A DNA stretch of 64,000 bases from an uncultured Bacilli bacterium. Its GTDB lineage: Bacteria > Bacillota_I > Bacilli_A > RF39 > UBA660. Below, piece after piece: positions 61,744 through 64,000 of the stretch; positions within the stretch are counted from its first letter, which is position 1; each line of letters begins with the position of its first letter. Both the position numbers and the translations under genes were made by a program. Location of the stretch: contig CAKOIN010000006.1 of assembly GCA_934086955.1 (NCBI GenBank), positions 2,159 to 66,158 of the forward strand, given 5' to 3'. The notes under the pieces were generated by a model. The model was not told the DNA's origin. It did no database searches and saw nothing but the letters and a program-made list of their open reading frames with translations.

Positions 61744-62605
61744 AATGTTCCATGTGGAACATTTTTTATTATTAAAAAAATTATTTCCCGGGAAATAATT
61801 TTAAATTAATATAGAATATCAAAAAAAAGTTATTAACAATGTTCCACGTGAAACATAGTATATCTATTAGCATAAAATTTTGATTTTGATTTTTAAATAT
61901 ATTATTTTGGATGTTAACCAATCAAAACAATTAATAATGTTCCACGTGGAACATTATTAACAATTAAACTATTTAAAAAATATTTATTTTTTGTTTTAAT
62001 AATTTAAATAATAGGATTATTTATGATAGAGTAAAAAAATATTTTTTTATAATGTTTCACGTGAAACATTATTAACACTATAATATAAAATATTTATATT
62101 GCTTAATTATCTATTTCTAAAATTGATTTATAAAGTTTTATAATAAAAATATAAGATATAAATATATATGCATTAAAAGAATAGTTTTCACTCAAAATTA
62201 TATAATGTTCCATGTGGAACATTATTAACAGAAAAAAAATAATTATAGAGAATACTTAACTAAAAAACAATTTAATATTAACTAACGATTAACATATAAT
62301 ATAAATTAATTAAAAAAGAATAAAATTTATAATACACATTTAAACTAAAATTAAATAATGTTCCACATGGAACATTATAAATGAAATATTTTAAATTAGG
62401 ACTAAAGCAACTAAAAAATTATAATAACTTTGCTAGAAATGGGTAAACCTATTATTTTTAACAATACAACATTAATATTACATATGGAATACTAATATGA
62501 ATATAAAAATAATAAAAAATATTAACAAGATATTTAATATAACATAATAAGATTTATAATTGATAACATTTAAAAAGTTATTAACAATGTTCCACGTGGA
62601 ACATA
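61744..62605. repeat. parS: Array of seven parS-type 16-bp palindromes (TGTTNCACGTGNAACA) in non-coding DNA
   Basis: Cores at about 61746-61761 (TGTTCCATGTGGAACA), 61840-61855 (TGTTCCACGTGAAACA), 61938-61953 (TGTTCCACGTGGAACA), 62053-62068 (TGTTTCACGTGAAACA), 62206-62221 (TGTTCCATGTGGAACA), 62359-62374 (TGTTCCACATGGAACA) and 62588-62603 (TGTTCCACGTGGAACA). Most are embedded in a longer unit TTATTAACAATG...CATTATTAACA. Confidence 0.7.
61781..61798. promoter_or_regulatory. Perfect Noc-binding-site-type palindrome TTATTTCCCGGGAAATAA (NBS consensus ATTTCCCGGGAAAT)
   Basis: Exact 14-bp NBS core within an 18-bp perfect palindrome, 20 bp after the first parS. Confidence 0.5.
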
Positions 62606-62695
62606 CAATAAATAACAAAAATAACACAGATAAAAATTCTTAACAAAAAAATAAAATTATTATTGTAAAAGAATATAACTTATGATAATATATAC

Positions 62696-62776
62696 ATGTG
62701 CAACAAGGTTTAGTGAACCAGGTCAGAGTTGGAAGACAGCAGCCTTAAGCTTTTAATCTTGTGTGCACATTTTATT
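62696..62776 (+). ncRNA. ffs: Small-type SRP RNA (4.5S/scRNA)
   Basis: ACCAGGUCAGAGUUGGAAGACAGCAGCC matches the domain IV consensus ACCAGGUCAGGUCCGGAAGGAAGCAGCC, including the GGAA tetraloop. Closed by an ATGTGCA..CAAGG / CTTG..TGCACAT stem and followed by a T-run. Located next to tadA/dnaX as in Bacillus. Confidence 0.55.
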
Positions 62777-62799
62777 TATATTAAAATACGAAAAGGTGT

Positions 62800-63213
62800 T
62801 TGTATATGAAAACGGAAATAATAGAAAAATTAGTTAAGTTAAATAAAAAAGCACTTAAAAATGAAGAGGTGCCTGTTTCATGTATAATAACAAAAAATAA
62901 TAAAATAATATCAAAAGCATATAATAGTAAAATAAAAAAACATGATCCAACAGCACATGCAGAAATATTAGCTATTAAAAAGGCGGCAAAAAGACTTAAA
63001 ACCTGGAATTTAAACGATTGTGAACTATATGTTACATTATATCCTTGCCAAATGTGTATTGATGTTATAAATGAAGCAAGAATAAAAAAAGTTTATTATA
63101 TATTGAATGCAAACAAGGAATCAAAAGTAACAATAAAATTCAATAAAATTGTATGTAAAGAATATAACGAATTTTATAATGAACTAACGGAATTCTTTAA
63201 ATACAAAAGATAG
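62800..63213 (+). CDS. tadA: tRNA-specific adenosine deaminase
   Basis: CDA fold HAEILAI...PCQMCIDVI. Confidence 0.8.
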   Translation: MYMKTEIIEKLVKLNKKALKNEEVPVSCIITKNNKIISKAYNSKIKKHDPTAHAEILAIKKAAKRLKTWNLNDCELYVTLYPCQMCIDVINEARIKKVYYILNANKESKVTIKFNKIVCKEYNEFYNELTEFFKYKR

Positions 63214-63255
63214 TATAATATATAAAAATTTGATATAATTAAAGGGGAGGAAAAT

Positions 63256-64000
63256 ATGGAATATATATCTTTGTATCGTAAATATAGACCAAAAACATTT
63301 AGCGATGTTGTAGGCCAAGAAGTAGTAGTAAAAATACTAAAAAACAGCATTATAAATGAAAAAGTTAGTCATGCATATATATTTAGTGGTCCAAGAGGCA
63401 CAGGAAAAACAAGTATTGCAAAAATATTTTCAAAAGCTGTAAACTGCCTTGAAACTAAGGACGGAGATTTATGCAATCATTGTAATAATTGTTTAACAAA
63501 TATTGATGAGGAAATAGATATAATAGAAATAGATGCAGCTAGCAATAACGGTGTAGATGAAATTAGAGAAATAAGAAATAATGTTAAATTAATGCCTGTG
63601 CATTTAAAATATAAAGTATATATTATAGATGAAGTACATATGCTTTCGACAAGTGCATTCAATGCACTCTTAAAAACATTAGAGGAACCTCCAAAACATG
63701 TTATTTTTATTTTGGCAACAACAGAATTTAATAAAATTCCTTCAACAGTTATATCAAGATGTCAAAAATTTGATTTCAAGAAGATTACAAACACTCAAAT
63801 AGAAAACAGATTAAAATATATTCTTCAACAGGAAAATAAAAATTTAAGTGAGGATGTAATAAAACTAATTGCAAAACTAAGTGATGGAGGACTAAGAGAT
63901 GCAATAAATATGTTAGATCAGGCAATCTCACTTGAAAAAGATAATATATCAATTGATGATATTTATAACCTAATTGGAGATATTAGTGAGGAAAAAGAAT
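63256..64000 (+). CDS. dnaX: DNA polymerase III subunit gamma/tau (5' partial, runs off the window end)
   Basis: MEYISLYRKYRPKTFSDVVGQE, Walker A GPRGTGKTS, DEVHML, and an RBS GGGGAGG. Not in the ORF track because no stop codon falls inside the window. Confidence 0.8.
   Translation, partial: MEYISLYRKYRPKTFSDVVGQEVVVKILKNSIINEKVSHAYIFSGPRGTGKTSIAKIFSKAVNCLETKDGDLCNHCNNCLTNIDEEIDIIEIDAASNNGVDEIREIRNNVKLMPVHLKYKVYIIDEVHMLSTSAFNALLKTLEEPPKHVIFILATTEFNKIPSTVISRCQKFDFKKITNTQIENRLKYILQQENKNLSEDVIKLIAKLSDGGLRDAINMLDQAISLEKDNISIDDIYNLIGDISEEKE

Noticed and set aside
61744-62605. CRISPR array as an explanation for the repeated 20-mer
   Set aside because: The repeats are perfect palindromes matching parS. 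Spacing is irregular (94-229 bp) rather than fixed-length spacers. No cas genes nearby.
61732-62799. rRNA operon expected after gyrA (as rrnO in Bacillus)
   Set aside because: No 16S/23S-like GC-rich conserved sequence. The region is AT-rich non-coding DNA with parS repeats.
63477-63662. 61-aa minus-strand ORF
   Set aside because: Antisense inside dnaX.

Overview
The window is a chromosomal origin-of-replication neighbourhood from a very AT-rich, low-GC Firmicute that uses the standard genetic code and appears to be a spore-former. The conserved backbone is rpmH, rnpA, yidC, jag, mnmE, mnmG, rsmG and a Noc-like parB on the minus strand, then oriC DnaA boxes, dnaA, dnaN, a comK-like gene, recF, gyrB and gyrA on the plus strand, followed by an SRP RNA, tadA and a partial dnaX. 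Further left lie ribosomal-protein genes (rpsI/rplM, rpsF-ssb-rpsR, rpmE), argS, typA, prfA-prmC, murA, rpoE (delta subunit), a class A PBP, an [FeFe]-hydrogenase with a two-component system, and the sporulation genes spoIID with a SpoIIQ-like M23 protein, and spoIIR.

The most unusual content is as follows.
- A roughly 0.9 kb non-coding stretch directly after gyrA holds seven copies of the parS centromere palindrome TGTTNCACGTGNAACA and one perfect Noc-binding palindrome ATTTCCCGGGAAAT.
- The only ParB-family gene in the window is Noc-like and has no adjacent parA/soj-spo0J.
- Three 10-bp-phased Spo0A-box-like TTCGACA repeats sit in front of a ComK-like gene that occupies the slot between dnaN and recF.
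- A roughly 450 nt GC-enriched, ORF-free, structured segment followed by a 4-TM 174-aa protein is a candidate OLE RNA with OapA.
- A 490-aa ORF of unknown function is inserted between rpmH and dnaA.
- There is a small accessory island: three paralogous XRE regulators, a hypothetical ORF and a Fic protein with a degenerate motif.
- There is a solitary Abi_2 (AbiD/F-like) defence gene.
- There is a sigma-70 factor with a duplicated region-4-like C-terminal extension.
- There is a collagen-like, Pro/Gly-rich membrane protein flanked by two small DUF1292-like genes.

No rRNA, tRNA, CRISPR array, IS element or obvious prophage was seen. CDS coordinates come from the supplied ORF track. Hand-indexed non-CDS coordinates may be off by 1-2 nt.
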